A stretch of 64,000 nt of DNA from an uncultured Acidobacteriota bacterium (GCA_963804995.1 CAWDSK010000004.1:1-64000), one strand, 5' to 3'. Counted from the first letter of the stretch, positions 1 through 10,594 are shown. Numbers and translations: made by a program. Notes: generated from the sequence alone by a model not told the origin.

Positions 1-136
1 GCTCAACCCTACCGAGAGCCTCGTCGGTGGCCAGTTCGAGTTCAGCCGTTTCCTCTTCGGTTAAGTCCCGGATTTTTTTCTGGAGAGGCGACTGGGGAAT
101 TGCACGTAACTGACCGGCGATCCTCTTCTTCAGCCT
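1..136 (-). pseudogene. Possible PemK/MazF toxin C-terminal remnant, running off the window edge
   Basis: Minus frame reads LKKRIAGQLRAIPQSPLQKKIRDLTEEETAELELATDEALGRVE, resembling the MazF C-terminus (QIRTIDKSRL..KIG.L...EM..V..AL...LG). An in-frame TAG lies immediately upstream, so no start is present. Confidence 0.35.
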
Positions 137-221
137 CTACGACCCGTGATCCCATGGCGCCAGTATATCGGGTGTGCGAGGCGTAAACAACCTGTCATGG
201 ATTTTTTCCGAGGGGCAGGTG

Positions 222-535
222 AGCCCCAAAGGGGCGACCTAACGAAGCCCAGGCTGAAGGCCTGGGTCAGCGGGACCCAAACCGGTACCCGAGCCCTGAA
301 GGGGCGGAACAATCCTTTCAATCCCACACGTACCGCTCATTGTAGGCAATTCCGTCCGCGTCCAGCAGTATCCCGCCCTTTCAGGGCTGGGGAAAATCGC
401 GATGTAATCTAAACCCAGGCCGTTGGCCTGGGCTTCGTTATTTCGCCCCTTTGGGGCTCAAGAAATTGCACGGGGATGGTGTCTAAACCCAAGCCGTGGG
501 CCTGGGCTGGATTAGGTCGCCCCTTCGGGGCTGAG
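222..535. repeat. Cluster of REP-like palindromes (GCCCC-AAA-GGGGC / CCCAGGC..GCCTGGG family)
   Basis: Repeated hairpins gccccaaaggggc, cccaggctgaaggcctggg, gccctgaaggggc, cccaggccgttggcctggg and gcccctttggggc in both orientations. A further copy lies at about 1009-1021. Confidence 0.75.
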
Positions 536-733
536 CGGGTAGCGCACAGGTGCGCGTGTTGTGCGTTCCCGTGTGGCTCTTCCTCGCGCGCTCGCACGAA
601 CCAGCAGCCGGAAGCCAAGAGACAGTTGCTAGTGGCGAGTGGCTAGTGGTGAGTAACAGGTGGCGAGTGACGAGTTGAGAGGCCGAGCCCCGCGTCCCGT
701 TTCCCGTCCTTGGCCCCCTCGCAGTGCCCCCGA

Positions 734-777
734 CACTCCCCCGCTTCGTTTATCGGTGGAAGTGTGGAGGAGGATGA
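734..777 (-). promoter_or_regulatory. sigma28-like promoter cassette, dispersed copy
   Basis: Minus strand TCATCCTC-N12-ACCGATAA-ACGAAGCGGGGGAGTG. Same layout as the copies at 15961, 36398, 36551 and 36704. Confidence 0.5.
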
Positions 778-946
778 AGGAATATTCTTTGTTGGCGGCG
801 GGGGCCGCGCGGCAAGTGACCCCTCATCCCCACGACAAGCAAAACGTCGGGCCCCCTGCCCGCGACGGCTGGTGAGAACGTCCGTCGCGGTCCACCTTCG
901 GGAGAAGGAAAACAGAGTTTTTACGCGCCAGCAGGCTGGCGAAAGG

Positions 947-980
947 CAAAGCGGCAGCTTCGCGGCCGCACTCCAAAAGG
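947..980. repeat. REP-like element (AAAGCGGCAGC..GCCGCACTCCAAA family)
   Basis: caaagcggcagcttcgcggccgcactccaaa. A related inverted pair lies at about 15664-15695 and 15808-15845. Confidence 0.65.
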
Positions 981-1083
981 CTGAGCCACGAGGGGTGTGC
1001 GCAGGTGAGCCCCAAAGGGGCGGGTGTATACTTAATGTTGCTCTGCGGTTGCAAACCATAATTGCCGCGCCATCGGGAGGACC

Positions 1084-2220
1084 GTGAGAACCGACAAAAC
1101 TAAAAGACTTCCACTCTTTTTCACCCAGGTCATCGGGTCGCTGCCGCGACCGCAGTTCGTCCAGGATCTTATCAGCCGGCGATCGGAAATGCCCGAGGAG
1201 CGCTTCCAGGCGGTGATGGACGACGTGGTCATTTTTGCCATCCGCCTACAGGAGCAGGCAGGCATCGACGTCATCAGTGATGGGGAATGGCGCCGGGTGA
1301 ATTACGTGAATGAGTTTCTGCTGCGCGTAGGAGGATTCGAAAAGATCCGGCCATTCGAGCATGCAGGTGAGAAGAAGCTCCAATATGTCGTGACCGGAAG
1401 GATGCAAGCTCGCGAGCCTGTGTTCGTCCGCGACGCTGAGTTCCTGGTGGAGCACACCGATCGCGTCACAAAGTTCGCCCTTCCCAGTCCGTTCCTGATC
1501 GCCATCCGCTACTGGCAGGAGGATCTTTCCCGGCAGGCATACCCCACGGAGCAGCACTTCATGGAGCATCTCACCGAGATCCTGGCGGCCGAGGCCAAGG
1601 CGCTGGTAGGGGCCGGCATTGACATTGTCCAGCTCGACGACCCGGCCCTAGTGTATTTCTGCGATCAAAAACTGATGGAGCAGGGCGAAACGCACGATTC
1701 GCGCTTGCGTAGGGCCTGGGATCCAGACAGGCAGGTCGCCGAGGCGGTCAGTTGCATCAACGTCATCCTCGAAGGCCTTGCCGCCGAAACGCATCTCCAC
1801 TGTTGTCACAGCGTGTACAAACGCAAGAGCGACGTCGCGGGGAACTATGAGCCGCTGCTTCCCCGGCTCAGAAATGCGAAGATCGACCGTCTGAACCTGG
1901 AATTCGCTTACCAGAATGTCGGCGTCCCCAGCGACCTAAAACTCCTGCCTGAGGGTGTTGGGGTCGGTATGGGTGTAGTCGACGTGCGTAGCGAGCGCCT
2001 GCCCGAGGTTGGCGAAATCGAGTTGCTTGGCGCTGCCGGCGCAGAGATTGTCAGCCCCGACCGCATCGCCCTAAACCCCGACTGCGGCTTCGCTCCGGAC
2101 TTTGGACAGCCACCGTCGATTGACGAGGCGTACCTCAAGCTCTCCCGCCTCACGGCCGCAGCCCAACGCCTGCGCCGCCGCTTCGAGCCTCGAGGCGAAC
2201 AGCGAGCAACCAATGCATGA
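1084..2220 (+). CDS. Cobalamin-independent methionine synthase II family protein (catalytic domain only, core-MetE-like)
   Basis: 378 aa. Motifs IGSLPRP, QEQAGIDVISDGEWRR and IVQLDDP. Zn ligands HxC (HLHCCH), E (NLEF) and C (NPDCGF). No N-terminal folate-binding half. RBS GGAGG precedes the GTG. Confidence 0.85.
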   Translation: MRTDKTKRLPLFFTQVIGSLPRPQFVQDLISRRSEMPEERFQAVMDDVVIFAIRLQEQAGIDVISDGEWRRVNYVNEFLLRVGGFEKIRPFEHAGEKKLQYVVTGRMQAREPVFVRDAEFLVEHTDRVTKFALPSPFLIAIRYWQEDLSRQAYPTEQHFMEHLTEILAAEAKALVGAGIDIVQLDDPALVYFCDQKLMEQGETHDSRLRRAWDPDRQVAEAVSCINVILEGLAAETHLHCCHSVYKRKSDVAGNYEPLLPRLRNAKIDRLNLEFAYQNVGVPSDLKLLPEGVGVGMGVVDVRSERLPEVGEIELLGAAGAEIVSPDRIALNPDCGFAPDFGQPPSIDEAYLKLSRLTAAAQRLRRRFEPRGEQRATNA

Positions 2221-2384
2221 CAACTGGTAGCGCGGAGGTATTTGGCTCCGAGCCGAATTCCTCCGCGGCGCTTTCTCATTGCCTGGCAAGGAATAGGTGG
2301 AGATTCCGATATTACGAGCCGCAGAGGTAAGCAAACTACGCTTGCCTCTGCGCTACCCCGCTGCAACCTACCCCGTGGTTTTCT

Positions 2385-3281
2385 TCACGATCGCCCCGCG
2401 GGTGGATCGTCGGAGCCGGGTACGACCCGGGTCAAATCCTCGCCGAGGATGGTAGGACACCACATGGTCTCGATGTGCTCGATGACCAGCTCTGTACCAC
2501 GTGCGTGACTTACGAATGGCCGGGTTCGCGGATCATACATGGCGTCGACAAGATCCCGCGCCACCACCACCTCGAAGCCGAGCCGGGTCATCTGCCGCGC
2601 CCCGAAACCGCGATTCAGGATGCAGATATTGGCGTGGACTCCCATCAGGACAACCTTGTCGATGCCTTCCTGCTTGCAGAAGTTGTAAATCTCCTGGCCG
2701 CTGTCGCTGACACCATCGAAGCCTACGATGTCGATGGCTGGATTCTCGCGGGTCCAAGGGTAAGGCGGCCCTTCGAACCGGTTCACGACCGGGTCATCGC
2801 AATCGCTGACGGAGTCATCGATCGGGAAATTCCGTTCCTCCTCAGGGACACGCGGGCAGCGCCCAATGATGGGGAAGGGAGACGCCGCCGTGGGAGCATT
2901 GCGCATCCGCTCACGCCACGGGGTACCTTCGTAGTATTTCATCGTGTCGCTGGGCGCGTGGATGATCATCACACCCAGACTGCGGGCGGCGCTGACCACC
3001 TGGTTCATCCGTGGCGCCATCAAGGCCACGCGTTGCGCCGACATGGCGCAGGTGTGCGTGTCCCACATGTCGCAGATGATGATCGCGGTGCGGGCCACCG
3101 GCCACCGCAGGACCTGCTCGGAGGCTCCCGCTTCTCGGGTTCGCCGGCGCGCCCGAAGACTCAGTGTGCCGGGCACTTTCGGGCGGTTGGGCAACACGTC
3201 GCCCAGGCACGGCCGCGCCGCCGCGACGAGCACGGCCCAGGGTATCGATCCGAGAAAGGATCTTCGGCTAACAGGTCTCAT
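2385..3281 (-). CDS. Isochorismatase-family cysteine hydrolase with Tat signal
   Basis: TAIIICDMWD, IIHAPS and GVHANICIL motifs. SRRSFL twin-arginine motif. Start set at ATG 3281 behind AAGGAGG. Confidence 0.8.
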   Translation of the reverse strand: MRPVSRRSFLGSIPWAVLVAAARPCLGDVLPNRPKVPGTLSLRARRRTREAGASEQVLRWPVARTAIIICDMWDTHTCAMSAQRVALMAPRMNQVVSAARSLGVMIIHAPSDTMKYYEGTPWRERMRNAPTAASPFPIIGRCPRVPEEERNFPIDDSVSDCDDPVVNRFEGPPYPWTRENPAIDIVGFDGVSDSGQEIYNFCKQEGIDKVVLMGVHANICILNRGFGARQMTRLGFEVVVARDLVDAMYDPRTRPFVSHARGTELVIEHIETMWCPTILGEDLTRVVPGSDDPPAGRS

Positions 3282-3575
3282 CCGCACTGCCTCCTTGTGA
3301 TCGTGGTTGGCCTTGGGCTTTACCGGATGGCCAGTATACACCCGATTCGCCAACTATCCGGTTGCTCGGGTGCTGGCCCGAGCCCGATAAGCGCACGGGT
3401 ATCTATCAGTCCGTCAGTGGACGGGTCTCCGGACCTGTCGGTTGCTGCCGACGGGCTATTGAGTTCCCACTTCTTAGGATTTGATCCCGCTGGTACAATC
3501 GCTGGGTGTCCGTTCGTGCACGCGCGAGGGAATGAGTGCCGGCGGGCGAAGCGCCATCATGACGAGGAGCGTGCT

Positions 3576-5009
3576 GTGAGTGATCCCGAGGAAGACTTTG
3601 CCGCAATGTTCGAGGCTTCGATTCTGGCCAAGCGCCTCGATCAGGGCGAACTCGTTGAAGGCAGGATCGTCGCCATCGGCCCGGAGGTGGCGTTAGTCGA
3701 CGTTGGTCGCAAGGGTGAGGCGGTAATGGATATCGGCGAACTGAAGAACGCCGATGGCGAGATCGAAGTCGCGCTGGGCGACCTGGTTCAGGCGATGGTG
3801 GTATCGACCTCAGGTGGGCTGACGCTCTCCCGCAGGCTGGCGGGGGCGGCCGCGAGCGATCGACAGTTGGAAAACGCCTTTCAAAGCGGCCTGCCGGTGG
3901 AAGGTAAGGTCGAACGGGAGGTAAAGGGCGGCTACGAGGTGCGCATCGGCCGGCAGCGCGCCTTCTGCCCGATTTCCCAGATCGACCTCCGCGGCGCAGA
4001 CCCCCTGGCGCACGTAGGCCATGTCTACCAATTCCGCATCATCGAGTACAAGGAGGGCGGCTCGAACCTCGTCGTCGCCCGTCGCCCGCTCCTCGAGGAC
4101 GAGCAGCGGGCGAACGCCGCCAAGGTCCGCGACAAGATCGTCCCCGGCGCCGTCATGACCGGCCGGGTCACCTCCGTCCGCGAGTTCGGCGCGTTCGTCG
4201 ATCTCGGCGCCGGTGTCCAGGGGTTGCTTCACGTGTCCGAGATGGCGTGGTCCCGCGTGTCGGACCCTGCGGAGATCGTCAAAGCGGGCGAGGAGATCAC
4301 GGTCAAGGTCCTGCGCGTGGACGAGGAAAAGCAGAAGATATCGCTGGGGTTGAAGCAGCTCTCCGCCGACCCGTGGTCGAGAGTGGGCGACGTTTACAAA
4401 GTAGGCCAGGTGCTGCCAGGCCGCGTCACGCGCGTCGCGCAGTTCGGCGCGTTCGTGGAGCTCAAGCCGGGCATCGAGGCGCTGGCCCATGCTTCCACGT
4501 TCGAGCCGACCGGACGATCGGGAGGCTGGGCGGGTCAGGTCGCGGCAGGAATGACAGGCACATTCGAGATTCTCGCCATCGACCTCGAGCAGAAACGAAT
4601 CGGCGTGGCGCTGGTTCAGGAAGGCTGGGGGCGGGCCGAGGGGGCTACGGGAGCCCGGCCTGGTATCGTTCCGGGAGCGCGCCTGACGGGAAAGGTCGAG
4701 CGACACGAGAACTTCGGCGTGTTCGTCTTCCTGGCTCCCGGGCGTACCGGTGTCATCCCCTTGAGCGAAACCGGCATCGCGAAGGAAGGCGATGTCCGGC
4801 GAGCCTTACCGGTCGGGGCGAACGTCGAGGTCATCGTGCTGGAAGTCGATCCGTCAGGCCGGCGCATCCGCCTGAGCGCGAAGGCAGTGATGGAAGCGCA
4901 CGAGGCCGAGGAAGTGCGCGAGTGGACGGAGCGCAATGCTCCCCCCGCCGGGGGCTTCGGGACATTCGCCGACAAGCTGCGCTCGGCGTTCAAGTCGCAA
5001 GAGAAGTGA
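3576..5009 (+). CDS. S1 RNA-binding domain protein, RpsA-like paralog with five S1 domains
   Basis: Starts VSDPEEDFAAMF (typical RpsA N-terminus) after GAGGAG. S1 motifs such as FGAFVDLG..QGLLHVSEM. The longer 2475 start is an antisense extension. Confidence 0.85.
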   Translation: MSDPEEDFAAMFEASILAKRLDQGELVEGRIVAIGPEVALVDVGRKGEAVMDIGELKNADGEIEVALGDLVQAMVVSTSGGLTLSRRLAGAAASDRQLENAFQSGLPVEGKVEREVKGGYEVRIGRQRAFCPISQIDLRGADPLAHVGHVYQFRIIEYKEGGSNLVVARRPLLEDEQRANAAKVRDKIVPGAVMTGRVTSVREFGAFVDLGAGVQGLLHVSEMAWSRVSDPAEIVKAGEEITVKVLRVDEEKQKISLGLKQLSADPWSRVGDVYKVGQVLPGRVTRVAQFGAFVELKPGIEALAHASTFEPTGRSGGWAGQVAAGMTGTFEILAIDLEQKRIGVALVQEGWGRAEGATGARPGIVPGARLTGKVERHENFGVFVFLAPGRTGVIPLSETGIAKEGDVRRALPVGANVEVIVLEVDPSGRRIRLSAKAVMEAHEAEEVREWTERNAPPAGGFGTFADKLRSAFKSQEK

Positions 5010-5150
5010 CACTCTCACCCTCCCGCCTCTTGGTGCTTCCACCAGCGGCTTGACCGTGCGGCGCTACCTGGTTCTCAATTTTTTGGGGGATGACTGCTGA
5101 CCGCCGCCCTATTCCAATCCAAAAGCCAAAATCGCAAATCCAAAATCGAT

Positions 5151-6227
5151 TCACCCTTCACTCATCCAGGCGCCATAGGGCTTAAGGCTTTCGACGTTGT
5201 CGCATACGGCCTTGATGGCGGCGGTAATGGGCACAGCCAGGACCAAGCCAATCCCGCCCCACAGCCATCCCCAGAACATCATGGAAATTGTGACGGAGAG
5301 CGCGTTGAGGTTGACGCGGTGGCCCACCAGTTTGGGTGTAAAGACGTTGACGGCCAGGAAATGCACCACGGCGACCGTGATGCCAATGGCGATGAAGGGC
5401 GCCATGGTGTCGTATTGGAGCAGCGCAATCAGCAAGGGAGGAAGGATTCCCATCGCCACCCCGATATAGGGAACCAGGCTGAGGAAGGCGGCCAGCGGCC
5501 CCATCAGCAAGGCGTACTGGAGGTGAATAATGCCGAAGACCGGAGTAATGATGCCGGCGGAAATGAGGCCCACCAGGAAATTCCCCACCACGAACTGGCG
5601 CATCATACGGGCGATGGCATGAATGACGTCCTCCGCCTGCTGCCGCCGCTCGATGGGAAAAAGATTCAACGACGCCGCCCACATCTGATCCTTGGAGGTC
5701 AGCATGAAGAACACCAGGAAAGGAATGAACATTACGGTGACGGCAAACTGGTAAACCGACATTACACCCCCCAAGGCAAATTGCATCCAGTGAGATTCCT
5801 GCTGCAGCCGCACGGTCGGCAGGTTCGCGTCCGCGGAGGGAGGCATGATCGTCTGGGTGCTTTGCTGGAGATTGTGCGCGGTCAATTGAATGTGGGCGGT
5901 GATTTGCTTCAGCTTGGCCACAAGTCTGGGCAGGGCTTCCATAAATGCCTGGGCGCGATCGTAGATCACGTAAATGACCAGGTACGCCGCCAAGAGCATC
6001 AAGAGCACCATGAGCATCGAGGCCAGCCAGCGCGGGATTCGCATCCCTTCCAACAACCTGACTCCGGGTTCGAGCACGGCGGCAATCAGGATCGAACAGA
6101 CCAGGGTGATGATCACCGAGCTCGCGAAATAGATGCAGCCAAACAGGATGGCAATGGCGATGATGCGAACACTTGCGGATGTCGAGGCCGCGGCCACGGA
6201 GTGAGTCTCAATTTGGGGGTTTGCCAT
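5151..6227 (-). CDS. AI-2E family transporter (PerM-like)
   Basis: Multiple TM segments, LSLVPYIG and WGWLWGGIGLVLAVPITA signature. Confidence 0.9.
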   Translation of the reverse strand: MANPQIETHSVAAASTSASVRIIAIAILFGCIYFASSVIITLVCSILIAAVLEPGVRLLEGMRIPRWLASMLMVLLMLLAAYLVIYVIYDRAQAFMEALPRLVAKLKQITAHIQLTAHNLQQSTQTIMPPSADANLPTVRLQQESHWMQFALGGVMSVYQFAVTVMFIPFLVFFMLTSKDQMWAASLNLFPIERRQQAEDVIHAIARMMRQFVVGNFLVGLISAGIITPVFGIIHLQYALLMGPLAAFLSLVPYIGVAMGILPPLLIALLQYDTMAPFIAIGITVAVVHFLAVNVFTPKLVGHRVNLNALSVTISMMFWGWLWGGIGLVLAVPITAAIKAVCDNVESLKPYGAWMSEG

Positions 6228-6534
6228 GAAAGGTTCTCTCACCTGGAATTCTAGCCTGCCCCGCCAGGAAATGCCAGAAATGATGCTGGGCCACTGCGGC
6301 GGCGTTTAGCACGGGGCGGCAGAGAGGCAAAGAAAGTCAAAAGGCAAAGTTGTCGACGGAGCGTCGGCTAGCGCAGACCTCAAAGGCCAGCGGTTTCAGC
6401 CAGCGGGCGTTTTGGGGTTTGTTGGTATGGTTCCGGAACCCCCTGGTAACATTTATCCAAGGTTCTGAAAAGGCGCTTCGCGAAGCGCCCCTACAACAAA
6501 TCCGCCGTGCGCTACTTTCCACTCCAACGCGGGC

Positions 6535-8097
6535 CTACTTCTTCTCTTCCTCTTCCTTCGCCCCAAAGGCGTGGGCCAAGCCGTCCTGCACGGCCCTTAG
6601 CGCCAGCGGATAGGCCGCAGCGGTCAGCGCGGCGGCGTGATAATGCACCAAGGCGTCGTCGCGTTTTCCTTTTACATCATCCAGCCGCCCCAAGTAAATA
6701 TGCGACCAGGTCACGATGCGCAGATCACGCGCCACTTCCAGCGTCTTCTGGAAATACTCGTCAGCGAGGTCCGGCTTCCGGGTGTAGGCGTAAACGACCG
6801 CCAGGCCATACAGCGCCCGTTCGTTCTTGGGATCGATTTTCTCCAGCACTCCCTGATACGTGGCCTTAGCTTCACTGAAATTCTTCTGGAAAAACAGGTT
6901 ATCGCCCTGGTCAAGGAGCCGGTCCTTTTCCGAACCCACCGGCGTAACATTCCCCACCGGAGCCTTGGGGCGCGGCGTAAAGGTGACGGCGAAAAGGCTC
7001 TTCTCTTCCTGGCGCGGGTCGATGGCCAGGATCATCTGCTTGTAGTAAACCGTCATGGAGGCTTCCTGCTTCTCGAAATCCGCCAGAGCATTGTAAAAGT
7101 ATCGAACCAGGATCAGGCCGCCCGCGGTCATGTCCGCCAAGCTCTTCTCCGCCTGCGCCGGGGGCCGCTTGTCCATCCGCAATTCTGCGGCGCGAATCAA
7201 GCACTCCGTCACTAGCAGGGGGAAATCTTCTTTGAAATCCGGAGAGAGCATGGGCGCCTGGTGGGCCACCGCGCTCAGCAGGGCCTTCTGTTCAATCTCC
7301 CCCGTGTACTTGCTCGCCAAAGGGTCGAAAAGGAAGTGCAAATATTGGTGGCGAATCTCGTCGATTTTCGGCTCTTTGGATGGGGTCACCACCAGGTAAT
7401 AGTTCAGACCATAGATGCGCGCCTGAACCTGCTCCGGCACGCCCAGCAGGTCGATGTAGATTTTGTACATGCGGCCCAGATACCCGCCGGCGGGGAACCG
7501 GAAATAAGCCTCCGCCAACACAAAACTCCTGCGGACAGTTTCGGTGTATCGAGCCACTGCGGCGTCGTAGCGCGGCTGCGCCTTCACCCAGATGTTGAGG
7601 AGCGCCCCTTGATCGTAAAAAGTCTTGAGCAGCGGAACGAACCCCTTCAGATCCCGCACATCAGGAGGCAACTCCGCGTCCGGAACCGTGAACTTGAAAT
7701 CCGGCGGCGGGCCCAACAACAGGGCCAGAGAAATGTACTGTCCCAAGTCCGCGCCCGGGTCTCCTTCCACACGATGCTGGGCGTAAAACTTCGCGAGGTC
7801 CGCGACGACGGCGGGGTGACGCTGCGCGATGAGCTCGCGTACCTTCGCGCGCGTGTTGTCTCCAAGGTTCATGCCCAGACCCGTGTCGTACCCGGCAGCG
7901 TTGAGCGCGGCAAAGACGTAGAAGAGTTGCTCATTCGGTTCTAACAGGACATTGGCTGCCGACTGGCCCCAGGCGCGGACGGGTGCCAGCAGCAGGATCA
8001 AAATTCCGGCGACGATCGCCACGCGCCCGCCAGAGGCAAAACGAACGGCGCGCCTTTGGGGGTGCGTTAAGGAAGGATATCCGCGTTCCGTGTGCAT
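6535..8097 (-). CDS. Secreted tetratricopeptide-repeat protein
   Basis: Signal-like segment (VAIVAGILILLLAPVRAWG) and C-terminal TPR helices (ERALYGLAVVY; TWSHIYLGRLDD). Start uncertain. Confidence 0.7.
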   Translation of the reverse strand: MHTERGYPSLTHPQRRAVRFASGGRVAIVAGILILLLAPVRAWGQSAANVLLEPNEQLFYVFAALNAAGYDTGLGMNLGDNTRAKVRELIAQRHPAVVADLAKFYAQHRVEGDPGADLGQYISLALLLGPPPDFKFTVPDAELPPDVRDLKGFVPLLKTFYDQGALLNIWVKAQPRYDAAVARYTETVRRSFVLAEAYFRFPAGGYLGRMYKIYIDLLGVPEQVQARIYGLNYYLVVTPSKEPKIDEIRHQYLHFLFDPLASKYTGEIEQKALLSAVAHQAPMLSPDFKEDFPLLVTECLIRAAELRMDKRPPAQAEKSLADMTAGGLILVRYFYNALADFEKQEASMTVYYKQMILAIDPRQEEKSLFAVTFTPRPKAPVGNVTPVGSEKDRLLDQGDNLFFQKNFSEAKATYQGVLEKIDPKNERALYGLAVVYAYTRKPDLADEYFQKTLEVARDLRIVTWSHIYLGRLDDVKGKRDDALVHYHAAALTAAAYPLALRAVQDGLAHAFGAKEEEEKK

Positions 8098-8488
8098 TCG
8101 AGGGATCAAGGGGAAGATTATACGGGATTTCTTTCCAGGCGGGGAGGGCATCCTCAAGCAGTCGCCCACTACGCTTCCATGTAGATAACTTCGAGTTGGA
8201 CGACAAATCGGACACGAAAGCCTTTGACTCAAGATGTCCTTCACCGTCTTCCCTAGTCGGAAATTCCGATTTGGATTTCCGAGTCGCAAACATCGTATGC
8301 TTCTCCTGCCTTGGACACAAACTACCTGACCGGATTTCGCTGTTTGGCCATCCGGCGCCTGAGAGTATAGTAGTTTCCAACCGAGCCCTCTTGGTGCATT
8401 TTCACTCTCCGAGAGGGATGATTTTTCGTGGGTGATTCCCCTATGCACCGCGTTCTGGGCGTAAACTATCACCCAGGAGTCTGGATCT

Positions 8489-9415
8489 ATGTGGCGGCTT
8501 TTGTGTGCCCTCGTGCCTGTGCTTGCATGGGCCGCTCAGCTTCAAGTCGATGTCCGCAGTTCCGAAGTTTGGATCATCCGCGATGGGCATGTGACCCAAC
8601 TCACCCGTGACGGAAAATCCAAGGTGCAGGCCATCCTCTCACCTGCGCAGAACCGCATTGCTTACTATGAAGAATGCCCCGTAACGGAAGATTGCACGCC
8701 CACAGTTGTCATCCTTGATCTCGAAGGCCGTCGCATCGTCAGCTTCGAGCCAAAGCAACAAGCTGTTCCTCCCGCAGTACCCTGCGCCAGTATTCTTTCC
8801 ATCACCTGGGTGGGGGACAACACAGTTGGCGCCGAATGCCATATCAACCCATCACTTAGCGAGTACATCGAGACGAATATCTCGACCGGGCAAACGACTC
8901 GCGATCTCCTCGGTTATGACTTTACGCCGTCACCTGATGGCAAGCATGTCGCGCATGTAGGGTGGATCGTGCACTTCGCGCCGCCTTATTCGCAGAGCAA
9001 CTATCTGCAAGTCGACCATACGACGATCTACCCGCTGCCCAAGGGGAGGGATCCGGTTGAGCAAAAGGGCTTGGACCAACCGCCGAACGTCGTCCATCAG
9101 CAGGGCCTGACCTATTCCGGGATCCACGAGTTTATGCCCGGGATTTTCTGGTCACCCGACTCCCAGCGCGTCGCACTGATCGACTGCACGTACGACTGGA
9201 CGGCAGACAATCCTCAAGCGATGTCCGCCGGACAGGGAAAGGCTTCCAACCGTCGCTGCTCGCTTGCCGTAATTTCTCCGAGCGCCAAGCTTGCGCTCTT
9301 CCCCCTGACGGACGTTAACTGGAATGACCTTCGCAAATCATCTCTCTCCTGGATCAGCCCGCGCCAACTCTCGCTTCGCGCTCACGATGTTACAAAAACC
9401 ATCACCGTGCCCTAA
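8489..9415 (+). CDS. Secreted hypothetical protein with TolB/WD40-like propeller motifs
   Basis: Signal peptide. SPAQNRIAY, PSPDGKHVA and WSPDSQRVA repeats. Confidence 0.7.
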   Translation: MWRLLCALVPVLAWAAQLQVDVRSSEVWIIRDGHVTQLTRDGKSKVQAILSPAQNRIAYYEECPVTEDCTPTVVILDLEGRRIVSFEPKQQAVPPAVPCASILSITWVGDNTVGAECHINPSLSEYIETNISTGQTTRDLLGYDFTPSPDGKHVAHVGWIVHFAPPYSQSNYLQVDHTTIYPLPKGRDPVEQKGLDQPPNVVHQQGLTYSGIHEFMPGIFWSPDSQRVALIDCTYDWTADNPQAMSAGQGKASNRRCSLAVISPSAKLALFPLTDVNWNDLRKSSLSWISPRQLSLRAHDVTKTITVP

Positions 9416-9580
9416 CACGCCCGCGAACCTGTAAGCCCGATGGTCCAATCTCAAGGCCGGACGAGCGGTCACACTCTCGGAGGTTACTTTCAATGTGGTC
9501 GCAGAGCTGCGTCCGCAGCACACTACTCCGCGGCTTTTCGTTTTTTGGGCGCGGCCGCCAATCACCCCTTATGACCTTTT

Positions 9581-9630
9581 CTGTTCCCTGTTCCCTGTTC
9601 CCTGTTCCCTGTTCTGTGTTCCCTATTCCC
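9581..9630. repeat. Heptamer tandem repeat (TGTTCCC)n
   Basis: About 7 near-perfect units visible directly. Confidence 0.9.
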
Positions 9631-9841
9631 TTGGCTGGACTCCGATGGTCCAATTCTATCGGACCTGAAATCGGAGCGATTAGGGGAGTGGTGGGGCGCG
9701 CGACAGATCACGCTGCAACCTGGAAAGGCGAACCATCTACGCCACGCGTCAGGAGGCAACAGTGAACCGGGCAGGCAACGTTGGTGAGCACGAAGATTCG
9801 CAGACCCCGGGACGGACCCGAAATCGAGAAGCGAGAGAAAC

Positions 9842-10594
9842 TTATTCCTCCTCTGACTCAGACTCCCCCTCGATCCCCAATTCCGAAGGTTTGTATAAGC
9901 GCCCTTTTTGGAATACAAATTGTTCGGGGTTACGTTCAGCCACCAGGGCCAAAAGCTCACTGAGAAAGGAGTCCAGAGAAATCGCGGGCTGGGGGTTGCC
10001 AGCTTCAAAGAGCTGGTAGCTGGGAGGATCGGAGCCGTAGAGACCTACACTCAAATACTCAAACTTTGACTCTTCATTGCGATGCCCGGTCCTTCGATTA
10101 AAAATCTTGAATAGTTGGTGGGCTCGCTCGAAGGTCGATATTCGCGCCCGCCCCACGTTGTCCTCTGCTGCATCTTCGTAAAGAAAAAAGAGACCACCAA
10201 TGACCGCGTAGGGAAACCGCTTGTGCAAAGTTGTTACTTCGAAAGCCAGGTCAGCCTTCCTGTTTTGGAGATTCTTCTGGTAATTGCGAGTCTTCGAGTC
10301 GGGGAACGAAATCGTTTTGATCGAGATTGCGAGCACCAGGCCGGCTCGTTCTGTGGCGAATGTCACGTCCACCTTTTTGTCGCCAAGTCCCCCTGCAATC
10401 CTTTTTTCGCCGCCCTGGCTCTTTTTCGAACTGAGCCTCGGAGCTACGTCCTTAAGACCTCTACTCCGCAACTCAGAAGCGACCGCCAAGGCCAATTCCT
10501 TGGACACAAGCTCCGAATAGTGTTTTTTCTCAGCTCTAGTGGCGTTGAGGCTCGGCCTAAGGCACGCGTGTTTAATTGCTGCTCGGAGTGGCAA
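9842..10594 (-). CDS. Putative type II restriction endonuclease (PD-(D/E)xK fold)
   Basis: KKVDV...ISIKT nuclease-like motif. Overlaps the 3' end of an adenine MTase and has lower GC than its flanks. Confidence 0.7.
   Translation of the reverse strand: MPLRAAIKHACLRPSLNATRAEKKHYSELVSKELALAVASELRSRGLKDVAPRLSSKKSQGGEKRIAGGLGDKKVDVTFATERAGLVLAISIKTISFPDSKTRNYQKNLQNRKADLAFEVTTLHKRFPYAVIGGLFFLYEDAAEDNVGRARISTFERAHQLFKIFNRRTGHRNEESKFEYLSVGLYGSDPPSYQLFEAGNPQPAISLDSFLSELLALVAERNPEQFVFQKGRLYKPSELGIEGESESEEE

Noticed and set aside
2475..3575. N-terminal 367 aa of the 844-aa ORF
   Set aside because: Antisense shadow of the isochorismatase gene. The real S1 protein starts at GTG 3576.
8200..8470. Possible GIY-YIG nuclease relic on the minus strand (GIT..RRVKMHQEG..YT.RR)
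   Set aside because: It needs several frame changes and a stop codon. The similarity is too weak to call.
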